Below the pieces are notes generated by a model that was not told the origin of the DNA, ran no database searches, and saw only the letters and a program-made list of their open reading frames with translations. From IMG/VR virus record IMGVR_UViG_3300030372_004397, positions 1 through 48,070 of that record: a stretch of DNA of 48,070 bases; one strand, written 5' to 3'. The DNA is from a virus (lineage: Duplodnaviria > Caudoviricetes). The translations under genes and the position numbers were made by a program. Below are positions 1 to 8,980 of this stretch, one piece after another. Positions within the stretch are counted from its first letter, which is position 1. Each line of letters opens with the position of its first letter.

Positions 1-1301
1 GCCCTCAACCATTAAAAGAGTGTTTAATAAAAATAGAAGGTATATTAGAATCTAAACAAGATGGTACAAACTTAACTTCATTAGAAGTACACGATATTGT
101 TTGCCATATAGCTGATGCTGTGTTAGCGGGTGGTATTAGAAGAGCAGCTTTAATAAGTTTATTTACGGCTACTGATGAAGAAATGATTGCTTGTAAATCA
201 GGTAATTGGTGGGAAACAAACCCACAACGTGGTAGAGCTAATAACTCTGCTGTATTAATGAGACATAAAATAACAAAGGAATTTTTCTTAGATTTGTGGA
301 AACGTATTGAATTATCCGGAGCTGGGGAGCCAGGTATATATTTTAACAACGATAAAGATTGGGGAACTAATCCATGTTGTGAGATAGCATTGCGCCCTTA
401 TCAGTTCTGTAACTTGTGTGAAGTTAATGTAAGTGATATCACAAGCCAAGAAGATCTTAACTTACGAGTTAAAGCTGCATCTTTTATTGGCACGCTTCAA
501 GCAGGTTATACGGAATTCCACTATCTAAGAGAAATATGGCAAGAAACAACAGAGAAAGACGCACTTATAGGTGTGTCAATGACAGGAATCGGGAGTGCCG
601 CTGTGCTCCAAATGGATATGAAGGAAGCTGCAAATATAGTAAAAGCAGAAAACAAAAGAATATCAAGATTAATAGGTATAAATCAAGCGGCAAGAACAAC
701 TTGTATTAAACCTGCTGGTACTACATCTTTAGTATTAGGTACTAGTTCTGGTATACACGCTTGGCATAATGATTATTATATACGTAGATTACGTGTAGGT
801 AAAAACGAATCAATATACCGTTATTTATTAGCTAACCATCCAGAGTTAGTAAAAGATGAATATTTTAGACCGCACGATACTGCTGTTATCGAAATACCAC
901 AAGCTGCACCAAAAGGTTCAATATTAAGAACTGAGTCTGCTTTTGACTTACTTACAAGAGTTAAAAAAGTTGCTGATAATTGGGTTAAAACTGGTCACAA
1001 GACTGGTAGCAATACTCACAACGTATCCGCAACTATTAGTTTAAAAGAAGATGATTGGAAAAAAGCTGGTCAATGGATGTGGGATAATAGAAATTATTAT
1101 AACGGTCTTTCAGTATTACCTTATGATGGTGGTACATATACTCAAGCACCTTTTGAAGACATAACTAAAAAGGAGTTTGATAAATTAGTTAAACACTTGC
1201 ATGACATAAACTTAGAGCATGTGAAAGAAGAAACTGATGAAACAGATCTATCAGGTGAGTTGGCTTGTGCCGGTGGATCTTGCGAAATAACAAGCCTATA
1301 A
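1..1301 (+). CDS. nrdJ: Class II (adenosylcobalamin-dependent, monomeric RTPR-type) ribonucleotide reductase, 5'-truncated by the window edge
   Basis: The frame is open from position 3 (PQPLKECL...HDIVCHIADAVLAGGIRRAA), so the real start lies upstream. Motifs: GEPG, TNPCCEI (thiyl-radical loop), FCNL, TTCIKPAGT and the C-terminal redox pair LACAGGSCEI. Confidence 0.93.
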   Translation, partial: PQPLKECLIKIEGILESKQDGTNLTSLEVHDIVCHIADAVLAGGIRRAALISLFTATDEEMIACKSGNWWETNPQRGRANNSAVLMRHKITKEFFLDLWKRIELSGAGEPGIYFNNDKDWGTNPCCEIALRPYQFCNLCEVNVSDITSQEDLNLRVKAASFIGTLQAGYTEFHYLREIWQETTEKDALIGVSMTGIGSAAVLQMDMKEAANIVKAENKRISRLIGINQAARTTCIKPAGTTSLVLGTSSGIHAWHNDYYIRRLRVGKNESIYRYLLANHPELVKDEYFRPHDTAVIEIPQAAPKGSILRTESAFDLLTRVKKVADNWVKTGHKTGSNTHNVSATISLKEDDWKKAGQWMWDNRNYYNGLSVLPYDGGTYTQAPFEDITKKEFDKLVKHLHDINLEHVKEETDETDLSGELACAGGSCEITSL

Positions 1302-1315
1302 CTAAAACAAGTATT

Positions 1316-1726
1316 ATGATAAAATCAATAACGAGTTTAGCTTTTTGCATGTTGTTCATGTTAGGAGTTAGCGCTCAGAAGCAAGGTGATTGGTACATTG
1401 GTACCGGTGATATTGCTAACAAAGCTTGGACTGAATGGTCTGTAGCGCCAACTGTAGGTTACGGGGTAACCGACAAATTAATGGTTGGATTAAATGTTTC
1501 ACAAGCAGATTCATCTGCAGATATGGAACTAGATATTCATGCTAGATATTTCTTAAATGGATATTTTGTTTATGCACAAACAGTAGGTTTAGATACTGAT
1601 AATCTAAAACTAGGATTTGGTAAAATGTTTACATTTCACAAAGGTGTATTTGTTGATCCAAAAGTTGTGTATGACACAAACAATAAAACTACAAATTTAA
1701 TGTTGGGCTTAGGCCTCAAGTTTTAA
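1316..1726 (+). CDS. Small outer-membrane beta-barrel protein (about 8 strands, Bacteroidota porin/OmpA-TM-like)
   Basis: Better start is ATG at 1316 (MIKSITSLAF). Signal peptide ends VSA|Q. Alternating amphipathic strands (WSVAPTVGYGV, HARYFL, LGFGKMF, VFVDPKVVY). Terminal GLGLKF fits a BAM beta-signal. Confidence 0.75.
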   Translation: MIKSITSLAFCMLFMLGVSAQKQGDWYIGTGDIANKAWTEWSVAPTVGYGVTDKLMVGLNVSQADSSADMELDIHARYFLNGYFVYAQTVGLDTDNLKLGFGKMFTFHKGVFVDPKVVYDTNNKTTNLMLGLGLKF

Positions 1727-1752
1727 CAGAGTATTAACTAACACAAATAATT

Positions 1753-1977
1753 ATGGAAAAAGTAATGAGTTATTTTACAGGATTTTTTAATGGAATAGTT
1801 GCTATTATGATAGCTATTATACCTACAACTATCCTATGGCAATTATTAACAGGAAGTAAAGTTTTTGAAATGGATATTATAGGAAACTTTGCAAACATGG
1901 TGAACACTATCGGTGATGCTGGGTTTGTAGGTTTTTTAACTTTAGTATTCGTGATGTACTTCTTTGTTAAAAAATAG
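1753..1977 (+). CDS. Small two-helix inner-membrane protein
   Basis: 74 aa with two hydrophobic segments and a basic KK end. A-rich leader before the ATG. Confidence 0.7.
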   Translation: MEKVMSYFTGFFNGIVAIMIAIIPTTILWQLLTGSKVFEMDIIGNFANMVNTIGDAGFVGFLTLVFVMYFFVKK

Positions 1978-2004
1978 TAATTAACAATTAAATTAAATTA
2001 AATT

Positions 2005-2199
2005 ATGGCTTTTAATAAATTAAATTCACTATTCGATGATTTACAAGACGCGGTTAACGATTGTCAAACTGATGTCACTAAATTTGTCGATGGAAATAAT
2101 TCCGCAGGAACGCGGGTTAGAAAAGCTATGCAGACTATAAAGTCTTTAGCTCAAGAGGTTAGAATTGAGGTTCAAGATCAAAAGAACGCTCAGTTTTAA
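2005..2199 (+). CDS. Histone H1-like (Hc1 N-terminal family) small helical protein
   Basis: Signature KF.dGN.sAGTRvRKamq.ik.la.evR, as in the roughly 60-aa Bacteroidota proteins annotated histone H1. Confidence 0.75.
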   Translation: MAFNKLNSLFDDLQDAVNDCQTDVTKFVDGNNSAGTRVRKAMQTIKSLAQEVRIEVQDQKNAQF

Positions 2200-2217
2200 G
2201 AAGACTCTTAAAATTAG

Positions 2218-2250
2218 AAAAGGGGTAACGAAAGTTATCCCTTTTTTTTT
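2218..2250. terminator. Intrinsic terminator between the convergent arms, probably bidirectional
   Basis: AAAAGGGGTAAC-GAAA-GTTATCCCTTTTTTTTT: GNRA loop, long T tract on +, A4 upstream giving a short U tract on -. It lies exactly where the + and - gene blocks meet. Confidence 0.88.
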
Positions 2251-4375
2251 ATGTTATTGCTTCTATTAAAAATGATGTCCCTTCATCTATTGTTCTAAGT
2301 TTTTGGCCAGAGACATCTAAGTTATGTAAGCCAAATCTTAATGTGTATTTTGAGTTTGCGGCTACGTTTACTATAGCAGATGCAGACATTGATTGGCCTG
2401 ACGCAGCGTTTGTAGCACCAGCAACAAATCTATGATAACCTCTTCCTTCCGTGCCGTCAATCAAAGTTACAGTTCCTCCACTTGTTTCTTGAACTAAACC
2501 TACAAAAGATTCACATCTGTTAGATCCGTTATTTATTTCTATTGTTGCGTTAAAAGTCATTTTATACAAACCAGCTCTAGCTATAGTTACTTCGTTACTA
2601 GCTAAACTAAATACGCTAGCACTACTGTTTTGTGCTTGTGTAAGTGTAATTACTGTAGAGTCTGTATCTGGAAGCGAACCTTCAACAGAAGATCCCATCA
2701 CCGTAGCAGATGTATTAGTAGCAAAGAAATATAAATTAGGTCTTACTGTAAACTCATCGTTCTCACCATCTAAACATGTTATATTATCTTTTACCGTAAC
2801 CTTATCATCTTCAACTGTAACCTGTGTTACCTCACCACTACTACCAGCCGTGCTAGTGTTTGCTCTAAGTTGAACTGTACCATTAGAAGCTCTATTAGCT
2901 ACCGCAACAACATCAGAGCCTGGAAAAAGTAAACCATATCTATTACCACCACCCGCATCTTTGTATTGTACACCTTCACCGCCACCACCAGCTGTTCCTG
3001 TAAATTGTATTACACCAGAGGCGCTAGTAAGTAATATATTATCACCAACTGAAACATCATCTCCAACACTTGTAATATCACCTGTTATCGTTAGATTACC
3101 TCCTATAGATAAATCCGCGTCAAATCTAGCATTACCAGCATCAACCCATAAGGCGTAAGCATTAGTAATCGTCATATTTGTTCCGGCTGCTGGCGCATTT
3201 CCTATATATAACGAAGCTGCATTCGTATTTGTTACAGATGCGTTAGTTGCTGCTAATGTGTGCGCTTCTATACTTACAACAGTATTCATGGCCGCTGTCC
3301 CAGAAGCAGAAGTATTACTATCCGTTATAGTCGCCGCGTCTACATGAATTTTTGCACCGTCTCTTGGAATGACAGATACATCACCATCAAATATCGCTGA
3401 TGGAAATGTTTTTACACCCGTAAAAGTTTGAGTACCGCTTAAATGTGCGGTGTCTGAATCCATATTAGCACTTGGCAGAACGCCAGTTACATTAGCGGTT
3501 AAATCACAATAAGTAGTTGAGGTAGATCCTGTACCGCCATTAGCGATTGGTAACGTTCCTGTAACTTCATCTGTTAAATCTACACCGCTTGATTTTATAG
3601 TTACTGCGCCAGAGGAAACCGCAAAATTATCTTCAGAAAAACTAGCAACACCTTTGGCTGATGTTGTAGCATCGTCTCCAGCTATTGTCATTGTTGTGCT
3701 ACTACCGGATGTAGTTATTCCAGACCCACCCGCTATAGTAAAATCAGCACTACCAGCGTTATCACTAATAGAGCTACCGCTATCATCTGTTAATCTTACA
3801 CCTGTTATATCACCTGTGCTATAACCAAAAGAAGCTATGTATGTAGCTATAGCGGCTGAAGTCATAAAACTCGTATCGTTATTAGCAAACGATTCTGCTG
3901 AGGTCTGTACGTTTTGCAAATTAACAGCATCAAGTTGAAACTTACCACCATCAAGAACAACGTCACCAGTAAATAATGCTTGACCACCATCGTCAATACT
4001 TAATCTTACCGTTGGTGTTCCCGCGTCATCAGCATCTGATGTAGCAAATATAATTTTACCAGGAACTGAATCAGCATCTGAAACAGCGTCGTTACTAAAT
4101 TCTATATATGATGATAAAACAGGGCTATCACCATCTGTGACGCCAAAAGCTTCTATTCTTCCTAATAACTCACCAGCTGTTGTATGGTTGCCGGCTGTGT
4201 AGGTATCTAAAGCAGCTGTACCTGATTTTAAAAATTTTAAAGTACCAGAGTGACTAGCCGTTGTTGACCAACTTTGTAATTCTATAGTTGAATCACCACT
4301 TACTTTACTTACAAAAATATCATTACGAAATCTAGATACTAAATCATATATGTGTTGACCGATAAATTTTCTCAT
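2249..4375 (-). CDS. Tail fibre / receptor-binding protein with a C1q/TNF-like C-terminal head
   Basis: 708 aa, Thr/Ser/Gly/Ala-rich. Fibre motifs ATTSAKGVASF..NFAVSSGAVTIK and VTGTLPIANGGTG. The C-terminal beta-sandwich (VTIARAGLYKMTFNATI...TSFLIEAI) is BclA/C1q-like. Confidence 0.75.
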   Translation of the reverse strand: MRKFIGQHIYDLVSRFRNDIFVSKVSGDSTIELQSWSTTASHSGTLKFLKSGTAALDTYTAGNHTTAGELLGRIEAFGVTDGDSPVLSSYIEFSNDAVSDADSVPGKIIFATSDADDAGTPTVRLSIDDGGQALFTGDVVLDGGKFQLDAVNLQNVQTSAESFANNDTSFMTSAAIATYIASFGYSTGDITGVRLTDDSGSSISDNAGSADFTIAGGSGITTSGSSTTMTIAGDDATTSAKGVASFSEDNFAVSSGAVTIKSSGVDLTDEVTGTLPIANGGTGSTSTTYCDLTANVTGVLPSANMDSDTAHLSGTQTFTGVKTFPSAIFDGDVSVIPRDGAKIHVDAATITDSNTSASGTAAMNTVVSIEAHTLAATNASVTNTNAASLYIGNAPAAGTNMTITNAYALWVDAGNARFDADLSIGGNLTITGDITSVGDDVSVGDNILLTSASGVIQFTGTAGGGGEGVQYKDAGGGNRYGLLFPGSDVVAVANRASNGTVQLRANTSTAGSSGEVTQVTVEDDKVTVKDNITCLDGENDEFTVRPNLYFFATNTSATVMGSSVEGSLPDTDSTVITLTQAQNSSASVFSLASNEVTIARAGLYKMTFNATIEINNGSNRCESFVGLVQETSGGTVTLIDGTEGRGYHRFVAGATNAASGQSMSASAIVNVAANSKYTLRFGLHNLDVSGQKLRTIDEGTSFLIEAIT

Positions 4376-4704
4376 TATCTTTTTATTATTACGTCTACAG
4401 TATCATCAACACCCACAGTTATATAAAGACCAAAAGAAATTTGACCTTGACTAAGAGGTATACCATCATCTAACAAAAAACTTACACCAGACGGAATAAC
4501 TAAATCTTCAATTATTTTAAAAGAAGAAGCAGCAGAAGAAGTTGGATTATCTTGTATAAAAACACTTACAGTAGCATTACCACTACCCGTATTAGCTATG
4601 TTAATAGATTTTACAGATCTTATATCTTCATTTGCACTAATAAGCTCATGCGTAGGTCCAAGCGCGGTAGAACCAGTAATATTATGTAGTAATGTAATAG
4701 CCAT
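4375..4704 (-). CDS. Small beta-rich virion protein (fibre-associated)
   Basis: 109 aa. The SINIAN...VSVFI...IPSGVSF pattern is typical of small jelly-roll phage proteins. Stop overlaps the fibre start codon. Confidence 0.6.
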   Translation of the reverse strand: MAITLLHNITGSTALGPTHELISANEDIRSVKSINIANTGSGNATVSVFIQDNPTSSAASSFKIIEDLVIPSGVSFLLDDGIPLSQGQISFGLYITVGVDDTVDVIIKR

Positions 4705-4706
4705 TA

Positions 4707-5183
4707 CTACTCAAAAAACACCATATACTCCATGTGCATAGTCGTAGATACACTAGGTTGAACAGTTATATCTCCATAACCATTTGTATCTTCAGCATCC
4801 CAAGGTATTAACAAAAAGTCACCACTGTATAATCTACCTATTTCACAAAACCTTTCAGCAGAGTCAGCTTGATCAAATCCTTCAGCTGTACCACTACCAG
4901 AAGATTTACCCATACCAATAGTAAAGTATTCTGTTGAGTCTGTTCCTACGTTTTTTATATAAAGTTTTGCTGACTTGTTTTTTGTTACATCCGCAGATAT
5001 ACCACTACCACCAACTAATAAATCTACGTGGTTAGTTGATGAAAAAGTTCTTTTAGCTAAACCAGTTGTTAGCTCTAAGCCTGTGTTTGATCCAGCCTTA
5101 GTCATAGTCATAGTGTTGTTTATAGATAAACCGTATTGATTTACATCACTACTGACTGATAATGTTGCATTTATTGTTGCCAT
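4707..5183 (-). CDS. Small virion protein, paralogue 3 of a tandem trio
   Basis: Shares MAT..AT/S start, GLE.TTG, YI.N and GRLYSGDFLLIPW with its neighbours. Confidence 0.65.
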   Translation of the reverse strand: MATINATLSVSSDVNQYGLSINNTMTMTKAGSNTGLELTTGLAKRTFSSTNHVDLLVGGSGISADVTKNKSAKLYIKNVGTDSTEYFTIGMGKSSGSGTAEGFDQADSAERFCEIGRLYSGDFLLIPWDAEDTNGYGDITVQPSVSTTMHMEYMVFFE

Positions 5184-5206
5184 ATTATTATTATTTTATA
5201 TTGTTA

Positions 5207-5665
5207 TTATTCGTCCGTAAATGTTCTTGAGTCTGTAGAAGCTAAATGTTCTAAGCTTTCATAAAACAAAGTGTAATCTACAGTCATACCAGTAGCTACA
5301 CTAGGTGTTAACGATATGTCTACAAATCTAGCGCTTCTATTCCAAGGCATCCATAAAAAATCTCCTGCGTATAGCCTACCTATTATTTGGTTAGCTATTT
5401 TTATAGTAGCGTATTCGGTTTCATCTTCAGATTTATTACAAATATAAATCCAACAGTTTTTACCAGCGTCTGCCGCTGCTGTTCTAACTGGATTGAATAA
5501 ATCTATTTGAGTTGTTGCTGTTAAAAAAGCTGTAGCCATACCTGTAGTTTGTTCTAAACCTACAGTTGTACCTGCTTTATTAATTTCATTTGTTGTTGAT
5601 AACGACAAAGCGTCACCAACTAAGTCACTACTTGTTATAGTAAGTGAAGCTGTTGTTGTTGCCAT
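5207..5665 (-). CDS. Small virion protein, paralogue 2 of a tandem trio
   Basis: MATTTASLTITSSDL...GLEQTTG...IYICN...GRLYAGDFLWMPW. Confidence 0.65.
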   Translation of the reverse strand: MATTTASLTITSSDLVGDALSLSTTNEINKAGTTVGLEQTTGMATAFLTATTQIDLFNPVRTAAADAGKNCWIYICNKSEDETEYATIKIANQIIGRLYAGDFLWMPWNRSARFVDISLTPSVATGMTVDYTLFYESLEHLASTDSRTFTDE

Positions 5666-5694
5666 ATTTATTTATTTATTTAGTTATTAATTTT

Positions 5695-6117
5695 TTATTG
5701 ATCTTTACCCATTACCATAAATTCTACAATTGGATCGTTACCACCTGGAGAGTAAGCTTTGTAAGTTTTATCACCATGCATAGGTATAAAACCCCAATCA
5801 CCTGCGTCTAGCTGAAATTGAATAGGATCGTTTGTTGAACTATCATCATATATATATATTTTATGTCCAGCAGTAGTTGCTAAGTTTTTAATATATAAAT
5901 ACGGAATAGCAGCAAAATCATCTGCTGTGTATAACGTTACTTGTCCACTAGCTGTAGCTTTTGCAGTAGAAGTTACTTTTTTTCTAGACAACCCAGTTGT
6001 GTGTTCTATACCTGTTGCTGTACCAGTTTGTGTTAATGTCGCTGTTGTTGTAAGAGCTAATTCATCTGTTAACAAATCAACACTACTTAGTGTTATTGTT
6101 GCTGTTGTTGTTGCCAT
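5695..6117 (-). CDS. Small virion protein, paralogue 1 of a tandem trio
   Basis: MATTTATITLSSVDL...GIEHTTG...LYIKN...QLDAGDWGFIPM. Confidence 0.65.
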   Translation of the reverse strand: MATTTATITLSSVDLLTDELALTTTATLTQTGTATGIEHTTGLSRKKVTSTAKATASGQVTLYTADDFAAIPYLYIKNLATTAGHKIYIYDDSSTNDPIQFQLDAGDWGFIPMHGDKTYKAYSPGGNDPIVEFMVMGKDQ

Positions 6118-6130
6118 AATATTTTAATCT

Positions 6131-6589
6131 TTAAATTTGTTTATATTTAGTTTTTCCATTTTCTTTATAAGCTTTTAAGCATCTGTTTCTATTTTTTTTA
6201 GCAGAAACGTAGCTAATATGTACCCAATTAGGATTATCATCATCACCAAACTCCCATATCATTTGATCAAAATTTAAATTATTTTTAATCCAATAATACA
6301 TATCAGCGTTACTAACTCTTTTAAAAGTATCGTCTATATCTATAGCTTGACCACTACAATGTTGAGATTTACTTGAACCGCCTATAGCTTTATTAAGCTC
6401 TGGCGATCTAAAAAAACTATTTATTTTTATAGGTCCATCAACCCAAGCTCTTAAAGGTTCAAACACTTTTTCAGCTAATAATTTCATGTTTGCTAATTGT
6501 TCTTCGTTAGGTGTATTATCTATACCTCTTCTTGTAGCCGTATTGCTTCTTACGCTTTCTTTGTAACTTATATGTTTACTTATACTCAT
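6131..6589 (-). CDS. Peptidase M15A-type zinc peptidase, probable endolysin
   Basis: Likely start is ATG at 6589 (MSISKHISY). Motifs PIKINSFFRSPELNKAIGG, SQHCSGQAID (SxHxxGxAxD) and WVHIS. Confidence 0.88.
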   Translation of the reverse strand: MSISKHISYKESVRSNTATRRGIDNTPNEEQLANMKLLAEKVFEPLRAWVDGPIKINSFFRSPELNKAIGGSSKSQHCSGQAIDIDDTFKRVSNADMYYWIKNNLNFDQMIWEFGDDDNPNWVHISYVSAKKNRNRCLKAYKENGKTKYKQI

Positions 6590-6590
6590 T

Positions 6591-6959
6591 TTATCTTTTT
6601 CCTCCGTGATATTCCACCGCGTGGCCTTCACTAATTAATAATTTATTTAAGCTTACTAAAGTTAATTTTTCTTTACCATCAACTTTATCTAACATTAACT
6701 CTCCTAAACACCTACCAAATTTACCAACACCGTGCGAAACTAGTGTTATATTTTCACATCCAGCTAACAACTGTTTAACCCTATCTTTTGCAGCTAAACC
6801 TTTAGCTTTTTCTTCTAAATCTTTAGTTCTAGTTTCTGGAGTATTAATACCTAAAAATCTAATTCTTTTTTTAGTTCTTATATCAAAACCTAAATCTATT
6901 TCAGCATCTATAGTATCACCATCAATAATTTTTATAGGCCTTATTTTATAGTTGTACAT
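6591..6959 (-). CDS. Thermonuclease (SNase-like) family nuclease
   Basis: IIDGDTI, RIRFLGINTPE, GKFGRCLG and LNKLLISEGHA. No signal peptide. Confidence 0.9.
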   Translation of the reverse strand: MYNYKIRPIKIIDGDTIDAEIDLGFDIRTKKRIRFLGINTPETRTKDLEEKAKGLAAKDRVKQLLAGCENITLVSHGVGKFGRCLGELMLDKVDGKEKLTLVSLNKLLISEGHAVEYHGGKR

Positions 6960-6960
6960 T

Positions 6961-8979
6961 TTATTTTTTTATTATTTTTACGTTCTTTGTTAAGCTGTCT
7001 GTTTTTATACGTAAATTATATACCCCAGAGCTTAAATAAGATATGTCTAACGCGTTTATATCTTTTCTAGATATAATTACTCTACCAAGATAATTTAACA
7101 CCTCTACATCAACGTTTTTATTTATATTAATTTTACCATTAGTAGGATTAGGATATACAAAAACATCTTCAACAGGTATTCTAAAAGGTATAGGACCACT
7201 CCAAGTACCAGCACAATAGTCGTAAGTTAATTGACATATAGTATCCCACTCAACATCACAACAATAATTATCCACATCTATTACCCAAGCGTAACATTGA
7301 TCATTTAACCAATAAGGTATACTATCACCAGTTATACAACCTGCGCTATATAAACAAGCGTCTGGATTTGGAATATTAGCAGTTGGATCGTAGTTGTAAG
7401 CCTCAACATCAGTGCAACCAGTTATTATTTGTATACAACCACCATTATCATAACAAGCATCAGGATCATAATTTAAAGCAGTTGAATCAGTACACCCACT
7501 AATGTAACAACAAGAGTTATCTAACGTATTAGCCGATGCATTATAATTTAAAGCTAGAGGATCAGTACAACCATATAAATATTCTACGCAAGAACCGTTG
7601 TCAGTATTAGCTAGCGGGTTATAGTTAAACATAGTAGAATCAGTACAACCAAATACAACAGGTATACAGCTACCATTATCTGTATTAGCTAAACTATCGT
7701 AATTAAAAGCAGCAGGATCAGTACATCCGTATATAAACGAAATACAACTACTATCGTCAACGTTAGCGTTAGGATTATAATTAAACGCTAAAGAGTTCAT
7801 ACAACCGTAAACAATAGCAATACAAGAACCTGGTATCTCAACATTAGCATTAGGATTATAATTTAAAGCTGTTGAATCCATACAACCAAGTACTATTAAT
7901 GTAGCGCAACTACCATCATCATAATCAGCTATAGTATCATACTCTAAATACAAAGGATTCATACAGCCTGGATAATAGTAACAAGTACTATCATCTGTAT
8001 TAGCTAATGAATCATAGTTTATTGCTAGTGTGTCTATACAGCCATATATTTTTTCTATACAATTATTACCACAATAAGGATCACCTATTACAGGAAAGAA
8101 AGGTGGTATAGGATTAACAAAACCTCCAGCAATATCTATAGCCACGTAATCTTCGTGATATAATTTATAACCACATTGTACAGCGGTAAAATCTGATTGT
8201 TGTGTTATTTCAAATACAGCTTTTATAGGGTATGCAGCTGCTAAGTTTATAAAGAAAGTAGTATCAAAACCATCTAATAAAGTATAAGTACCTATATCTT
8301 GAAAATTAAACGGCGGTATCATGCTTGTCGCTTGTGAAAGCTTTAAGCTTGATCCAGCCCAACCATTACCACCTAAATCTATTAACTCAAGCTCATGTAA
8401 ACAACTATCAATATCAATATCTGTATTAGCAGAATCTACATAATTATAAGCTAACGAATCAATGCAACCATATATTCTTGGTGTAAAACACATACCAGTA
8501 TCTAAAGTAGCTGCTAAATTAAATTCTACATAGCTACTGTCCATGCAACCAAACACCGGTGGCGGTGGAGGACAACCAGATGTGTATATCGTATCATACA
8601 TCATATTACCAAAATTAGCCATAGGTAATTCCCAAATAGTATCTCCACACTGTACAATATAAACAGAACCATCATTACCTCCCCATAAACTACCAGCTAC
8701 ACCATCACCATAAGTATCATTAATAACAAAATAAAAGCTATCAATAGGCGCGCAAGCACTAGCATATTGTGGTTCGTAATCTATTATATTAGTGTAAGGT
8801 CCACCATACATAAGAGTATCACCAAAAAAATCCATTATATACCAAGAAGTTTCTTCTGGATATTGATCAGGGTTTATTGTAACATCTAAACTCCAAGAGC
8901 CTGGAGGACATTGTGAATAAGTTTTATTAGCTATTAAGCAAAATAAAACTATAAATAAATATTGTATTATTTTTTTCAT
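6961..8979 (-). CDS. Secreted Cys-repeat protein with a T9SS type A C-terminal sorting domain
   Basis: Likely start MKKIIQ at 8979; signal peptide ends TYS|Q. Eleven GCxD..A.NY...A..D.G.C repeats. C-terminus VFVYPNPTNG...NYLGR...LDISYLSSGVYNLRI...KIIKK is a canonical Por secretion tail. Confidence 0.88.
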   Translation of the reverse strand: MKKIIQYLFIVLFCLIANKTYSQCPPGSWSLDVTINPDQYPEETSWYIMDFFGDTLMYGGPYTNIIDYEPQYASACAPIDSFYFVINDTYGDGVAGSLWGGNDGSVYIVQCGDTIWELPMANFGNMMYDTIYTSGCPPPPPVFGCMDSSYVEFNLAATLDTGMCFTPRIYGCIDSLAYNYVDSANTDIDIDSCLHELELIDLGGNGWAGSSLKLSQATSMIPPFNFQDIGTYTLLDGFDTTFFINLAAAYPIKAVFEITQQSDFTAVQCGYKLYHEDYVAIDIAGGFVNPIPPFFPVIGDPYCGNNCIEKIYGCIDTLAINYDSLANTDDSTCYYYPGCMNPLYLEYDTIADYDDGSCATLIVLGCMDSTALNYNPNANVEIPGSCIAIVYGCMNSLAFNYNPNANVDDSSCISFIYGCTDPAAFNYDSLANTDNGSCIPVVFGCTDSTMFNYNPLANTDNGSCVEYLYGCTDPLALNYNASANTLDNSCCYISGCTDSTALNYDPDACYDNGGCIQIITGCTDVEAYNYDPTANIPNPDACLYSAGCITGDSIPYWLNDQCYAWVIDVDNYCCDVEWDTICQLTYDYCAGTWSGPIPFRIPVEDVFVYPNPTNGKININKNVDVEVLNYLGRVIISRKDINALDISYLSSGVYNLRIKTDSLTKNVKIIKK
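7350..8045 (-). repeat. Nine tandem Cys-containing repeats of about 26 aa; two more at about 8425-8560
   Basis: GCIDTLAINYDSLANTDDSTC, GCMDSTALNYNPNANV, GCTDPAAFNYDSLANTDNGSC and similar, with a degenerate DNA period of about 78 nt. Confidence 0.9.
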
Positions 8980-8980
8980 A

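Noticed and set aside
5-349. 114-aa minus-strand ORF
   Set aside because: Antisense shadow of nrdJ.
1265-1315. Extended N-termini in the ORF track (1265, 6631, 8991, 46772 starts)
   Set aside because: They overlap upstream genes. Downstream ATGs with A-rich leaders give proper signal peptides or domain starts.
7350-8045. Periodic repeats as a CRISPR array or DGR template/variable repeats
   Set aside because: They are degenerate in-frame coding repeats with no unique spacers, no adenine-specific mismatch pattern and no reverse transcriptase in the window.
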